Shown here one piece after another: positions 42,177 to 55,310 of a stretch of 64,000 nucleotides of DNA (its first letter is position 1; every line of letters begins with the position of its first letter). The DNA lies in the NCBI RefSeq assembly GCF_009914755.1, contig NC_060933.1; one strand, 5' to 3'. Source of the stretch: the human T2T-CHM13v2.0 reference genome, Homo sapiens. A program made the translations under genes and the position numbers. Below the pieces are notes generated by a model. The model was not told the origin of the DNA, made no database searches, and was given only the letters and a program-made list of their open reading frames with translations.

Positions 42177-44149
42177 CAAGACAGTCCCAGGCAAAGTGGG
42201 ATGAGTTGGTCACCCTACGGCTAGCATCCACACTGGTAAGGAAACCAGGCTCAACTGTATGGTAAGGGAAGATCACGATACTCAGAGATACCATGTCACG
42301 CTCCATGTTTTGCTGGAGAGGACCTGGGTCAGAGGAGTGGGTGTCGTAACCCATCTCACCCCTCACAGAGGAACCTAAAGGTTGTGGAGTCCTCTGCTTG
42401 GTAAAGCTGGGGTCACCCTAACCCTGCCACACCAGAGCCAGGGTCTCAACAGATACACGTGGTGTTGGATAGACAGGGAGATTCAACCAGTCATTACCTA
42501 TTCCTCAAACACTTGTGCTCATTTGATCACCTCTAATAAAGGTTCTCTGGCTGTGAATCCAGACTACCCCTCCCTGGAGTCCCTGGATTTGGGGTGGGAG
42601 ATTCACAAGAAGTTGCTACAGGCATCTGGAATCCAGTCAGTGTGTTTTCAAGCCACCTCAAGGGCCCTTGCTCCTTTGTTGCCCTGCGTCTCCACCCCTT
42701 TGACCCCTTTATCCAGTGGGTAATCATTTAACCTATTCTTGGACCTTGATCCTCAATACGGAACTTGTGAATTTTGCTCATCAGTTGATAATGGGAGAAA
42801 TATTCGCTTCTGTCCAGTCCTGGGCTCCCACAGGGCTGAGTAAGGACATTTCTCTGCCCCAACTTCCAGAGGCAGGAGATTAGACAGGGATGACAGTTAA
42901 GGGGTTACTGGTAATAGGAAAATCATTAAAACTGGAGATATAACTAGGTAAAAAAGAAAAAGCTAGAAATGTGGTTTCACTGGATAAAAAGCAATAATAA
43001 AGCATTCACAAAAATGTTTATCATCTATATTTAATTGCTCTGTAGCATAACACAATTATGTGTATTGGTAAATATGTATTATATTAATATATTGTCACTT
43101 TAGATTTCCCCAGTTAACCCTCTGTGAGTTTACTCAGTCTTTATAATTTATTGCTCATGCAGCATGGTCATCTGTTTCCAACCTAGAAAATTAGTGGGCC
43201 TATGCCTCGGGCTTATGAGCTATCAGTTCTATGCCTTGATATTGCACTTGGTGATGCAGGGCAGAAGTAGTTTGGTGGTTTCTCAGCCCAAGGTTGAGTA
43301 AACAGATGTCCCGGAGTTGATTTTCCCCAGAATAATTGCATACAATGAGCACAAATGTTTAATTAATCAGGAATCTTGTGCTTATTATCTTTTCTCTGGG
43401 CTTCCACTGATAATGACCCAGAGGAAATTTCTTTTCCTTTGTGGGAATGATATTTTATTTAAAGGTTTTCATTTCATCATCTGATCCTCCCTCCAACCCC
43501 CTTTTCTAGTAAAAGAGAGAGAAAGAGACTGACTGACTGAATACCTGGACCACCAACAAAAGAAAGGAACACCCAAGCTTATGACTGCAGAGAGGCACTG
43601 ATACAGCTGGGTGGAGGGCGTCTCCACCACTCAAGTCAGTCTCAAAACTATGCTGACTCAGAATAATTTAATATTTTATATTCACCTGATGCAAACTTTT
43701 CTCCCCAAAATCAAAGTTGCGAGGAAGGAAAGAGAGTTAAGCAAATGTTTAACATACAATCAAATGGAAAGGCGCTTGTGTATGAAGTCAGGTTTGAGTT
43801 TTCAGGACTGAGTATTGCAGTCCAGGCTGATTCCCTAATGAAGGGCCCACTCGCCAAGCCTGGTGCACGGCACAAAACATTAATCAGGACATTGTTTGCA
43901 TTAAAGGGCTGAGTTTTTCAGTGGGTAATCATCAGGGAAACCCAGTCAAGGGCGAACAGGGACGGCAGCCCTGATTAATTAAACATCTGCACCGGGGCTA
44001 AAAGCAAGACTTACCCTGTTGGTTGTATAAGAGCTGTTGATATTAATGCCACACATGGAATTGGGAAATATTGTTTGCTGAAATCATGTCTGTATGGAAA
44101 GCTCCACATTCAGAGCATATCAAGTTATATCTTCCCATATTATTTCAGC

Positions 44150-44590
44150 TGCTTCCTGTATCACTAGGTGTAAGGGGTTCTGGGCAGAGTAATGGTATAC
44201 TTAGCTTATCCCTTCAAGGAGAAGGCAGCATTTGAACTAGCCTTGACACATAGGTTAAATTTTGTGAAGGACATTCCAGGGAGGGGGGCCAGCATAAGCA
44301 AAGGCAGGAGATATGTCTTCATGGCCATGAGTCTTGGTCTGATTGGAGCCAGGGACTGGAAAGTCAGCGGCAATTAGTGTTGCAAATGCACGTCCTGATA
44401 CCAGACACTGAGGTCCAATCTGAAAGCCATGGAGCTATTGGAAGCTTCTTCCGTGGTGGATGGGTGGCATGACCACAGTGTTCCCAGAAGAATGATTTGG
44501 AGTAGTGGGGAGAATGGATGTCTGGTTAGCAGAGAGACCGACCGGGAGAGGGATCTGTTAAGATGATACTCAGCGATGTGGGTACTAAAG
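44150..44590 (-). mobile_element. L2 fragment
   Basis: GGCAGCATTTGAACTAGCCTTGA...CATTCCAGGGAGGGGGGCCAGCATAAGCAAAGGC typical reverse L2. Confidence 0.6.
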
Positions 44591-44664
44591 CAGACCAAAG
44601 TAGATCTAGTACAAAAGAGAAAGGATTTTTCACAGATAAAGTCTAGTACAAAAGGAGCTACAGT

Positions 44665-44789
44665 CAGGGTTACCAGATGAAATATAAGACACCCATATAT
44701 GGGCACACTCATACTAAATATTATTTGTTGTTTATCTGAAATAAAAACTTACTTGTCATCCTGCACTTTTGTTAAGTCTGGCAGCTCTA
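44665..44789. mobile_element. MER53 hAT MITE, internally deleted
   Basis: CAGGGTTACCAGATGAAATA ... TTGTTGTTTATCTGAAAT ... TCTGGCAGCTCTA. Degenerate 8-bp TSD GCTACAGT / GCTCCTGT. Confidence 0.7.
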
Positions 44790-44847
44790 GCTCCTGTCAG
44801 TTTTGTTAAATCTGGCAGCTCTAGCTCCTGGCAGCTCTAGCTCCTGG

Positions 44848-45255
44848 TGTGGCAGCTCTGAGAATGCACCTCTCAGATCTCCAACTGCAGGGAGAGTAAT
44901 TCACTGACTGAGGCCCCAGCTGCTGTATTCTGAAATTGCTGCATTTGTCCCAAGGCTGTGCTTCCCGTGGGCTGCTCTCAGTCAGTGACTTGGCATGGCA
45001 GGGATGCTAGGCATGGGACCTCTCTGATGGACGACTTTGGCTCTGGGACTTCCCCTAGTATTGCACTGCAGTCTAAGGCACTTCCAACCAACCTTCTTTC
45101 CTTCCTTCCTTTTCATGGAGTCAGACCTGTACTGTAGTCTGACAGCTCTCCAGCCTCTGCCGGTGCCTTTTTTTCTCTAGGGGCTTGCCCTGGTAAAAAG
45201 CCTTGAGCATAGAGCCCCCTCTTGGCCTCTTCTTCTGAAAAGACCCAGAATAATG
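44848..45255 (+). mobile_element. ERVL-class solo LTR (LTR33/40/41-like)
   Basis: TGTGGCAGCTCTGAGAATGCACCTCTCAGATCTCC start and CTTCTGAAAAGACCCAG end. Confidence 0.65.
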
Positions 45256-46064
45256 TATCTAGTGTCCAAATGGAAGACGGCAGGCGCTGGGTCGAGAAAG
45301 TTTAAGATTTTTAGACGTGGAATAGGAAGTAGTGAGGGCTGTAAGGCAACAAGTGGTAAAAGGAGAGGAGAGAGAGGTCTTAGAAGGGGCAACATCTTCT
45401 GATTTGGGCTTGTTTTACTTAGTCCTCGATGAGTGCACACCAAAATCATGCATAATACATTTTAAAATGCCCATAATTCATGCCCACAAAAATTCTGGTT
45501 TAGGTCTTAGGTCTTAGATGATTCAGACATCTGTGATCCTGATGTTCCCTCCTGGTTGAGTAACCTCGTTTTAAAGGACTTGGGTCAGGGATGGTAAATA
45601 GATTTTGTCTCTAGAGGAACTCTGATAAATTGGTGATGCTTGGAGGGCTGTGCTGACAAAAGCTGTGTGGCCACATCTGGGCTCACGGGAAAAGATCTGG
45701 GATTGATTAGGATGGTCTGCTAAGGTTGAGGGAATAGGGGCAGTAGGAGTGCTCTGTATTTGTTAGGCCTGCCTATGTTGGTAGACTCTTAAAGCCAATA
45801 TCCTATGCCTGAAAGGAGGCTATTACTGCAGTCTGGGACAGAAGCAGAAGGGCCTGAAGTATAGTTGAGGCTGTCAGGGTTAGAGAGGAAAAGATAGGGT
45901 GATAAATGTGAGATTTTTGGAGCTAGAAGGAGAAAGACTTGGGAACCAAATTGGTGAACAAAGTAAAGATGAGAAAGACTCAGATAATAGTCTGAGGTTT
46001 CAATGACTGAGGGGCTTGTATGTGTTCAACTAGCTGGACCATAGCTCCTTGCCAACTGGGACTA

Positions 46065-46422
46065 AGTCATAGTTTGGGCTGTTATGGCAAAATACCTTAG
46101 ACAGAGTAGTTTATAAACTGGAATTTATTTCCCACAGTTCTGGAGGCTGGGAAGTCCAAGATCAAAGCTGTCAGATTTGGTGCCTGGTAAGGGGCTGTTC
46201 CTCATTGATAGCACCTTTTGTTTGTGCTCACATGGCAGAAAGGCAAGAGGGCAAGGCGGCTCTCTGGGGCCTCTTTTTTAAGGGCACTAATCCCATTCAT
46301 AAGGAGAGAGCCCTCATGATCTTATCATGTCCCAAAGACCCCGCCTTTAATACCATCACCTTGGTGATTTGGTATCAACACATACATTTTGAGGCAAGGT
46401 CACAAACATTTAGACAACAGCA
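46065..46422 (-). mobile_element. MaLR solo LTR (MSTD/MLT1A-like)
   Basis: ATTTATTTCCCACAGTTCTGGAGGCTGGGAAGTCCAAGATCAA...GGGCACTAATCCCATTCAT...CAAACATTTAGACAACAGCA. 5-bp TSD GACTA/GACTG. Confidence 0.85.
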
Positions 46423-48826
46423 GACTGGTAATTTCAGTTACTCTTTATATATCTAGTAGTGGTAGCAGCAGCAGTAGTGGTCATCATCAGTCTTTTTATT
46501 TTCCCGTTCATTATACCTCTGTGTGTTTTATATGAATGGCATATTTGGATGAATAGATAAACGTACAGATTCATATTTAGTTATGTACATATTTGTTGTT
46601 TAGATATAAAAATGTGTATAGAAATTTCATCTATTTTGAAGCACTTTAAAAGATTTTAGTACATAGTCTATAGGTGTGTACTGTTCAATTTATCTTTACT
46701 AGAAAAAGAATGTGTTGATTTAAAGTGGGTTTAGATTGAGAATATGAACATTTGATATGCAAAAGTAGCAGTGTGTATGGTATGTTAAGGACAAAGGAAC
46801 ATCTGTCTAGTACTGCTTCTCACCAGGAGGTCCCATGCTTGGTCAGGCACACACCCACAGGGAGGAAAGAGGTGACAGAGGCTCTGGGTTTGTGACCACA
46901 GAATGCAGAGGACCTGACTCATTTCCCTTCCCGCGCTGTAGGGCATGGTTTGTGGTGGCGGCTCACCACGCTGGCCAGGAGCTTGCCTCTCCTACCATTC
47001 CCACTCCATGTGATCGCTTCCCAAGGTGCCAACTCCTGGCTTTCCATCTGGGGAACGCAGATATTTTTTTCAAGAGGGTGGAGGGAAAATCAACATGAAG
47101 ATTAATGGACTTCAAAGCAGAAAGAGAATGAAAATACTGGAAACCTTTGCCTGTGATTCAGCGTTCAGGGGCACAAGAATACACTGGAGACAAAGAAGAA
47201 GAGCCAAGTCGAGTCTGGGGCCAGAGGTTTGAGTTTAAGAAATCACTTAGAGACCTCACCTTAGGCAACATGGCCATGAAATTAGTGGTTGAATGTTGCC
47301 CACTTTCTCTTCTTTCTTGAATGCTGGTTGGGGGCTTAGGTTTAAGGTGAATTTTATGTTTAGGAGCATTCATTTGAAAATAGGTTTTTCAGCCTGCATT
47401 TGTAAAAATAGCTTCTCCCAACTGGAACACCAATGCATGTTCCACATGTGTGGGCATTCTATGGGATAACATGCTACTAAGTACTACACAAAAGTAAGTT
47501 ACTAATCTCATTTTAAGTAGCATAGGAAATTTTTAGTGACTAGTAAATCCAATATTTCACACCTGAAAAACTTGAAAGAATGTTCAGTAAAAATCTAACA
47601 ACATGTGGTAAGTTGTATATATACCAACCAGCAGATACACTCTTCACTGTAGATGTTGGCAATAATCTAGCCACACTAGAGTCACAGTGTTTACTGTGAT
47701 ATGCTAAATTACCTGAATCTGTTGCACCCTAATTTCTCTCTAAAAAACCAAGTTGTTCATGGTCAGGGAGCTGCTCCCTCAATTGGATCTGTATAGGGCT
47801 TTAGGGAAATCGAATGGCCAGTTAAGCTAATCACAGGTGTGAATTCCTTATGGGCCCCCTGAGGACAGCCCAGAGAATGCATTTCCCAGCTGCAAGAGGT
47901 ACACTGAATCATAATATGTAACCACTTCCTGAGGGGTCGATAGGATTCCCTGGCTGCCAAACAGGGCCATTTTTGATGAGGCTCAACTAGGGGGAACATG
48001 TTGAGATGGGGTAGCTACTGGACACCATGGTCTGTGAGCATGCCCTCCACCCCAGGGCTCTGTGGGATGTGGCAGCCCCCAGGATCCAGCTGTACAGGCA
48101 GCCCCCAGAGCAGGGCAGAGACTGAGCTTGCCCTTCCTCAGTTCCCACTGCTTGCTCTTCAGCAGGGGAGCACGGCCAGTGCTGCTCAACTCACAAAATG
48201 GTGCCAAACGGGCCCTGAGAGAAACATGTTCAAAGGCCTTTTTGTCTAGGAATGCATCCGTGCCGAGGAAGGGAATGTTATGCATGACATGCATGGATGG
48301 GCTTTCAACCCACCCAAGTCCAAACCTCATTTGCTTTCTGTGAGGGAGGAAGGTGGCAGGAGAGGAAGCCAAGTGGGTAGGATGCTGCCAACATTCAAGC
48401 GGGAAGGGCCCTGCTCTGGAATGAGCATGCTGGCAGAGGAATGCATTTTAGAAATGTTGTGGTGAATGAGACACCAAGGTTTATTTTAAAATGAAGATTT
48501 ATGAAAATAACCTGACACCTGAGGGGAAAAAAAGACAAGAGTTGAAATAGACGATGGTTTGCAAGCTTGGATGATGTGGAACATAAGAGAGCAATGTGGA
48601 GGACTGGCAGGGAGGAGAAGGGTCACTGGCCATGCACGAGACGCCAAGAAGAGAGTTCAGAGAGGGCAGCAGAGGGCATAGGTGGCCAGTCTGGGATCTG
48701 GCTTCTCTCCTACTTCCACATTAGTTTCCCTGACCTGGGAATGTTTTCTCATCTGTACAGCGAAGTGGGGACCGAGACACATTGCAAAGCACAGATATCC
48801 AGGTTGGCTCCAAGGAGCAGAGAACT

Positions 48827-48983
48827 TTGTTTTTTAGAGACAGGGTCTTGCTCTATTGCCCAGGCTGGAGTACAGTGGCACGATCATAGCTCATAGCAGC
48901 CTCAAACTCCTGGGCTCGAGTGATCCTCCCACCTAGGCCTCCCAAAATGCTGGGATTTCAGGCATAAGCCACCATGCCTGGCC
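48827..48983 (-). mobile_element. Alu monomer (FRAM/FAM-like or recombined AluJ)
   Basis: Right-arm body joined to a left-arm-type 5' end (CCTCCCAAAATGCTGGGATT). Confidence 0.85.
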
Positions 48984-49431
48984 AACAGGGAACTTCTTGT
49001 AAGGATAAGGATTAGCTCCTAGAACCTGAGGAAGGGGTGAGAATCAAGGCAGCTGTAGGGATTTGGCAAAACAGGGACAAATGCACAGGCTCTCCAGGGC
49101 CTGGATTCCAGGTTTAATGAGCTCTAAAAGCCTTCTGTCTTAGTAAGCTCCTCCCCAAGATCCACATTCTTAGGAGGGCAATTCCAGCTGGTTTAGCGTG
49201 GGTCACATTCTCACCTGCTGGCCAGAGGAGGGCACCCAAACCATGAGCCAGGGAGGAGAGGTTCCTGGAAGAGGACTGAGGGAACTGGAGCTGGACAAAC
49301 AGAAACACCAGTGTCCACTGTACAGGGCTAGGATAAAACCACAAGCAGGCATCATCTCAATACCACAGAGTCATGGAAGCAAGGGAAGGCTCTAGTACGT
49401 GTCTGATATTGCTGCTTTGTATGCGTTATTA

Positions 49432-49962
49432 TAGGGGTCCCCAACCCCTGGGCCATAAACTGGTACCAGTCCGTGGCCCGTTAGGAAATGGGCTGCACAA
49501 CAGGAGGTGAGTGGCAGGAGAGTGATGGACGCTTCATCTGTACTTACAGCCACTCTCCATCGCTCACATTACGGCCCGAGCTCCACCTCCTATCAGAACA
49601 GCAGCGGCATTAGATTCTTATAGGAGCGCAAGCCCTGTTGTAAACCGCGCATGCGTGGGATCTGGGTTGCGTTCCTTGCGAGAATCTAATGCTTGATGAT
49701 CTGTCTCTGTCTCCCATCACCCCCAGATGGGACGGCCTAGTTGCAGGAAAACAAGCTCAGGGCTCCCACTGATTCTACATTATGGTGAGTTGTATAATTA
49801 TTTCATTATATATTACAATGTAACAATAATAGAAAACCTAGCACAATAAATCTAATGCGCTTGAACCATCCCGAAACCATCCCCCTACCCCCCACCCCCT
49901 GTCTGTGGAAAAACTGTCTTACACAAAACCAGTCCCTGGTGCCGAAAAGGTTGGGGATGCTG
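49432..49962 (+). mobile_element. MER1A hAT-Charlie element inserted in a MIR
   Basis: TAGGGGTCCCCAACCCCTGGGCC ... AAAAGGTTGGGGATGCTG, about 530 bp. Decayed 8-bp TSD CGTTATTA / TGTTACTG. Confidence 0.9.
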
Positions 49963-52563
49963 TGTTACTGTATTAACCTCCCATAGTCTTCCTGAGAAAG
50001 AGGAAACCGAGGACAGAGAGACTCAGGAAATTGTCTAGGTTCTCCCAACATCCTATGCTAAGATCGGGTGGCAGGGCCCCAAGGGCAGGTGTGCCTCCTG
50101 GTTGTCAGTGGTGCCCACACAGGGAGCTCAAGGGAGGAGGGGAGTGGAATGGTGTCTTCCAGCCTGAGGCTGCCCCAGAATTCTGCGTGCTTCACATGTG
50201 CACAACAGAATTTGTTCACCTAAGCTTCTTAATATAAGTTTGAAGATCAAGTGCTTATCTCATATCTTACATATTTTCAGGAATGCTGAAAGAGGGGAAA
50301 CATGCCACCTAGTAGCATTTCCCGAAAGAATTACCTGGGGGAAGGAAGCAACAACGTGCACTGACAGGTGCTAGGTTCAGTCACTGGCTTTGGGTTGCCG
50401 CAGAGCCCTCCTGGTTTTTGTAGCAAGAGGCGTGACTTCAGTTGTGTTGGAGTTCCCACCATTGGCGTCTATCAGCCTTCCTTATGAAGAGATGCAAAGA
50501 TTTAATGGTTTCAGGAGGGAGGCCACCTAATTTGACACACATTTGACACACACATTTGACACATTCTGCACATTCTTGTACTAGAATAATAGTAGTCTGG
50601 TGAGATGATTTTCAACGGGTGGTAAACTGCCCTTTTTACTTCATTGTGGGAAGGGAGATCTCACACATTTTTTCCACAGTAATTTGATTTGAGCTGAGAA
50701 CAACTGCAGGAGACACTGTTGGGAGTGCAACCAAGGTTCAGTGTGGAGGTCATTACTGTAATTAGATGTTTCAGTGCGTGTGACATAGTTGAGTTCTCTT
50801 GAACGCCTCAAGGAAGCCTCCTGTCGTAGTTCTGTCCATCAGAATGGACAAGGGGCCAGTGTTCTCACCACTGTGATGGACACTGCCCCAATCCTGGGGG
50901 ACAGGTGGCTTTAGTTTTTTGGAAAGCTAATATAGCATGAGACTTTACCTACCAAAGCTTCCCTGGATCTCAGATTGGCACTACAATCATGTTTTTTGTG
51001 CTGTGGGCTTTATTCTCCAGAGTTTTTACATGTGGAGTCCTCCATTTGGTTTTCAAATTTTCTGGGCCCAAGGGTTAACTTGGAGAGTGGGGTCTATCCT
51101 CCCCTATCCCCAGGCCAAACTTAATAAATGCACAATTGAGAAGAAACATAGTACACTTGATATGCAAACACAGTTCCAAATTGAGTCTGCCAGCCCCCAT
51201 CTTTCAACCAGATGGCTACCCCAAGACCTTTGACGTCTCCGTTAGTAGGGCTGAATCGAATAAATTATATACTGAGAATAAAGAAAACTTAGGTAAAGCA
51301 GCATTTTGTAAGGGAACTGTTTTCTTAGCTCCCAGGTTTTGACTGCAGCTCTCAGCTAATTCAGATATCTGTTTATAACAGCATTTGGAGAGATCCTTCA
51401 AATTCGGTCTTAAAAACAAAAAGAACATACTAAGAAAGAATCCACAGGAGGATTTGAACTACATATATGTTAATACATAATTAACATGGACATTATTAGA
51501 TATAAAAAACTAACACAGTGGATCCCTTTAAAAAAATTTTGGTTCTTTCCCCCTAAATCTCTTATGCAGTTATGTCTAAGAGAATTGTCTTCTTTTTTTG
51601 TGGGGTGTGCTTTCTCTTAATTTAACACCCGAGTTCACAGATTACTTCCTGCCCTAGGATCTGTGGCGAATGTCACCACCTGTGACAGGGCTCTTATTTA
51701 TGAACTGAAGAACACTCTCCATCTTGGTATGTATGCTAATTCAAAATCCACTCCAAGTTCCAAGCATTTATGATGATTTCTAAAAGAGATTACTTTCCTC
51801 CAGCATTCTTTGCTTACTGCCTGCTTCTAGTTACTTATTTCTCCAGGAAAGATTTACCTTTCTGTGAGCATGGCCTTATAGCTTTCTGGCTCTCTGAACA
51901 TTTTCTCCCTGCTGCCTCTATGTGTTTCATTCTCCCCTTACTGAAGATTAGAAGAGGGGATTGATATTTGTTTCAACAAATATTTATTCAATATCCACTA
52001 TGTCAGTCACTGGGCTATGTTGTGTGGAAGAGTAACTTACACATTTGATCAGAGTTGAAAATAAATTCTACCGCTATGCAGAAACAGGCTCACCTTGATG
52101 TTTCCTGTGAAACACTATCAACACCTTCCCTGGTTACAACAGCTGACTCTTACCTTTAATAATTTTGTGCCCACAGCTGGGGGTACACAATCATTGATGG
52201 CATAGATTTATACAAGAGAAGTGTTGAAGAAAAGTTATTGGTTTCAGGGATACTAATTGTTTCCTCTAATGATCACTTCTTCCCTTCCTCTAGGCCCTCT
52301 TGCCAGAAAAGTTCTTTCTCCACAGACCAACAGGAAGTTCCCTAAGTACTATGAGACCTTGTCTTTGCCTATAGCTGGCTGCATTGGACATGGATTCCTG
52401 GCCCAAGGTGAGAAAGACACAGAAACTACATTAGTTGTCTTGGGAACGTGAATTGGAAAGGCAAGTATTTGTGAATGCTGAGACCTACATTTTGTGGTTT
52501 CCATGATGGCCCAAGAACAGCCCAAAAAGCCATCAGCACAGAGAGACAAAAAAGAAATTTCTT

Positions 52564-52871
52564 GGCCGGGCACGGTGGCTCACGCCTGTAATCCCGGCAA
52601 TTTGGGAGGCCAAGGCAGGCGGATCTCGAGGTCAGGAGATCAAGACCATCCTAGCTAACATGGTGAAACCCCGTCTCTCCTAAAAATACAAAAAATTAGC
52701 TGGGCGTGGTGGCAGGTGCCTGTAGTCCCAGCTACTCAGGAGGCTGAGGCAGGAGAATGGCGTGAACCCGGGAGGTGGAGCTTTCAGTGAGTGGAGATCG
52801 CGCCACTGCACTCCAGCCTGGGCCACAGAGCGAGACTCCGTCTCAAAACAAACAAACAAGCAAAAAACAAA
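52564..52871 (+). mobile_element. AluY
   Basis: GAGATCAAGACCATCCTAGCTAAC and GGAGAATGGCGTGAACCCGGGAGG AluY diagnostics, with a (CAAA)n tail. Confidence 0.93.
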
Positions 52872-53030
52872 TTTACCTATCTTAACTAGCACCAAAAATT
52901 CTCTCAGTTGTCAATCAAGAATTCTGAACCAAGAATCCAATGCCTTACTTGGGTTTGAGGTTTGAATTTACACTATAGATGTGGTCTAGGAATATCTGAG
53001 ATGAGATATTGACATAAACATGTGATTCTA

Positions 53031-53508
53031 TACTATTCAGCCATAAAAAAGAATGAAATCCTGTCATTCACAGCAACATGAATGAGCCTGGGGGACATGA
53101 TGTTAAGTGAGATAAGTCAGGCACAGAAAGACAAATACTGCATGTTTTCATTTGTGGGAGCTGAAAAAGTTGTGCTCATAGAAGTAAAGAGTAGAATGCT
53201 AGGAAGGGGTATGAAGAGGAAATGATGGTTACGGATACAAAATTACAGCTAGATAGAAGAATAAGTTCTAATGTTCTATAGCATTGTAGGATAACCATAG
53301 TTAATAATTTATTGTATATTTTTCAAATAGCTAGAAGAGAGGATTTTGAATGTTCTCAACACAGAGAAATGATGTGTTTGAGGTGATGAATATTCTATTT
53401 ACCCTGAATTGATCATTACATATTGTACACATATATGAAAATGCCACTCTGTACCCAATAAATATGTACAATTATCACATGTCTAAAAATAAATACATGG
53501 ATGAATAA
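53031..53508 (+). mobile_element. L1MA 3' end
   Basis: TACTATTCAGCCATAAAAAAGAATGAAATCCTGTCATT...AATAGCTAGAAGAGAGGATTTTGAATGTTC...AAATATGTACAATTAT. TSD ATGTGATTCTA at 53020-53030 and 53509-53519. Confidence 0.85.
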
Positions 53509-53639
53509 ATGTGATTCTAGGCCATGATGCCATGCAATCATGAACCAGGCACAAAACTCTCCTGGTTGTGAGGTCACGTCCTCAACCCAGACCACACAAG
53601 ATCCCCTGAATAGAGAAAGCTCCACTGAAGATGATCTCA

Positions 53640-55310
53640 GCTTCCAAAATTATGAAGAATATTAGGAAATGGTTTCCCATGAGAGAGAACCAGTGGATAG
53701 AATACAGAGCGAGATCAGATCCCCAGGCACTTCAGATAATAAATGTATTACATAAAGACTATAAGTAGGTTTAAAAATGATTCAAAGCATAAAATTAGGA
53801 ATTGAAAACATAATAAATTATGACAATATATAAGGTACCATGAAAAAATAAAATAGAGATTTTAAAAAGAAACAAATGAAACTTCTAAAAGTAATAAATA
53901 TTGTCATCAATTTTAACAGATTAGATATGGTTAAAGAAAAAAGTAGTAAACTGGAAGAGATTTAATTCCAATTCAGAATGCATCACAAAAACGTAAACAT
54001 GTGAGGGAGTAACTAAAGATATGGAGGAAAGAATGAGAATAAGCGTTTAGAAGTAGAAATAGAAAATGAAGGAGAAGAAATATTCAGAGAGAAAAAAGAC
54101 TGAGAATTTTTTTACAATGTCTAAAAGATAAATATCATAAGATTCAGGAAGTACAGTAAGTCATGAGCTGAATAAGTAAGTGTGAATTCAAACTTCAAGT
54201 CCACTATAATGAAATTGCAAAATACTGATGCCAAAAAGTTCTTAAAGCAATGAAGATTTTTTTTGTAGGAAATATAATTAGGCAGCAGATTTCTTGACAG
54301 CAACAACAGATATTAAAAGTCAAGAAGATGACATACCCAAAGCACTAGGAAAAATCACTATCGGTTTGCAATTATATAGGCAGCTAAACTATTACTCAAC
54401 AACACATATAAAATTAAAGTTTTGTTTGGTTTTGGTCACCAAAAATGTAAAGTAGTTGCTAAGGGATTTATTTCAAGTAGAAGAAAATTGAACTAGAAAG
54501 GAAGGGATGAGCTCTAAGAGGGGAAGTTAAATTTAAACAAGCATTGTCTGTAGAAGTTAATAATCTTGACAGATTTTAAGGGTATAAAAGTGAAAATAAT
54601 ATATTTGACAACAATAATAGATAAAATGGGTGGGAGATGTTTGGAGCTCTGAAGATTGATAGGTAAGTAGAAATGACATTTTGTACTTTTCAAAGTCAAG
54701 TATGTGTGTTAAAAATGTAAGGGTAACATCTAAAACATCTGTATGTATATACAGAAATACAAATAAGACTGATAATTACCAAATCAGTAGAACAGGAAAA
54801 GAGGAAATAAAGAAATCAGAATCAATCCCACTAAAAGTTTGGAAAAAAGAAAGCAAAGATCATATATAGCAAAGTAAACACAAAGCTCAAACTAAGATGG
54901 CAGAAATAAACCCTAAAAAATGTTAATGAACTAAATGTATCTGTTAAAACACAGAGATTGTTAACTTGGATGAAAAAATTAAAATCTATGTGGTTTTATA
55001 AGAGAAAATATGAGGGCAAAGAAAAGAACAAAAACAGAAAAAAAAATAGAAAAAGACCTATCAGGCCAAAAAAAAAAAAAAAAAAGCTGAATATAGTTAC
55101 ACTTATGCCAGACTAAAGGGCGAAATTTATGATTACTGATAAAGGTTGTTATACAAAATGTAACACTTTTAGTATATATATAATATGATAGTCTCAAAAC
55201 TTGAAGTCCCAAGAGGAACTGTGAAATTATAATCATAGTAGATGTTTTAACACATCTGTCTCAGGGAAGTAAAGCTGACTTTAAAAATTAGTGAGGAAGA
55301 CTTTTCAACA
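53640..55310 (+). mobile_element. Old L1M(E) ORF1 to ORF2-start remnant
   Basis: A-rich sequence with decayed ORF1 motifs (GAAGAAATATTCAGAG, GCAGATTTC, CAGCTAAACTAT) and endonuclease-start motifs (AATGAACTAAAT...GAGATTG...TGGAT). Confidence 0.6.

Noticed and set aside
47026-47232. Possible coding exon (CCAAG|GTG ... CAGAG|GTTTGA)
   Set aside because: The donor is weak and the peptide is unrecognisable, so it cannot be supported without transcript data.
50303-50317. CTCF-like site TGCCACCTAGTAGC (similar weak match near 63695)
   Set aside because: It mismatches a core position, and such matches are expected by chance in 64 kb.
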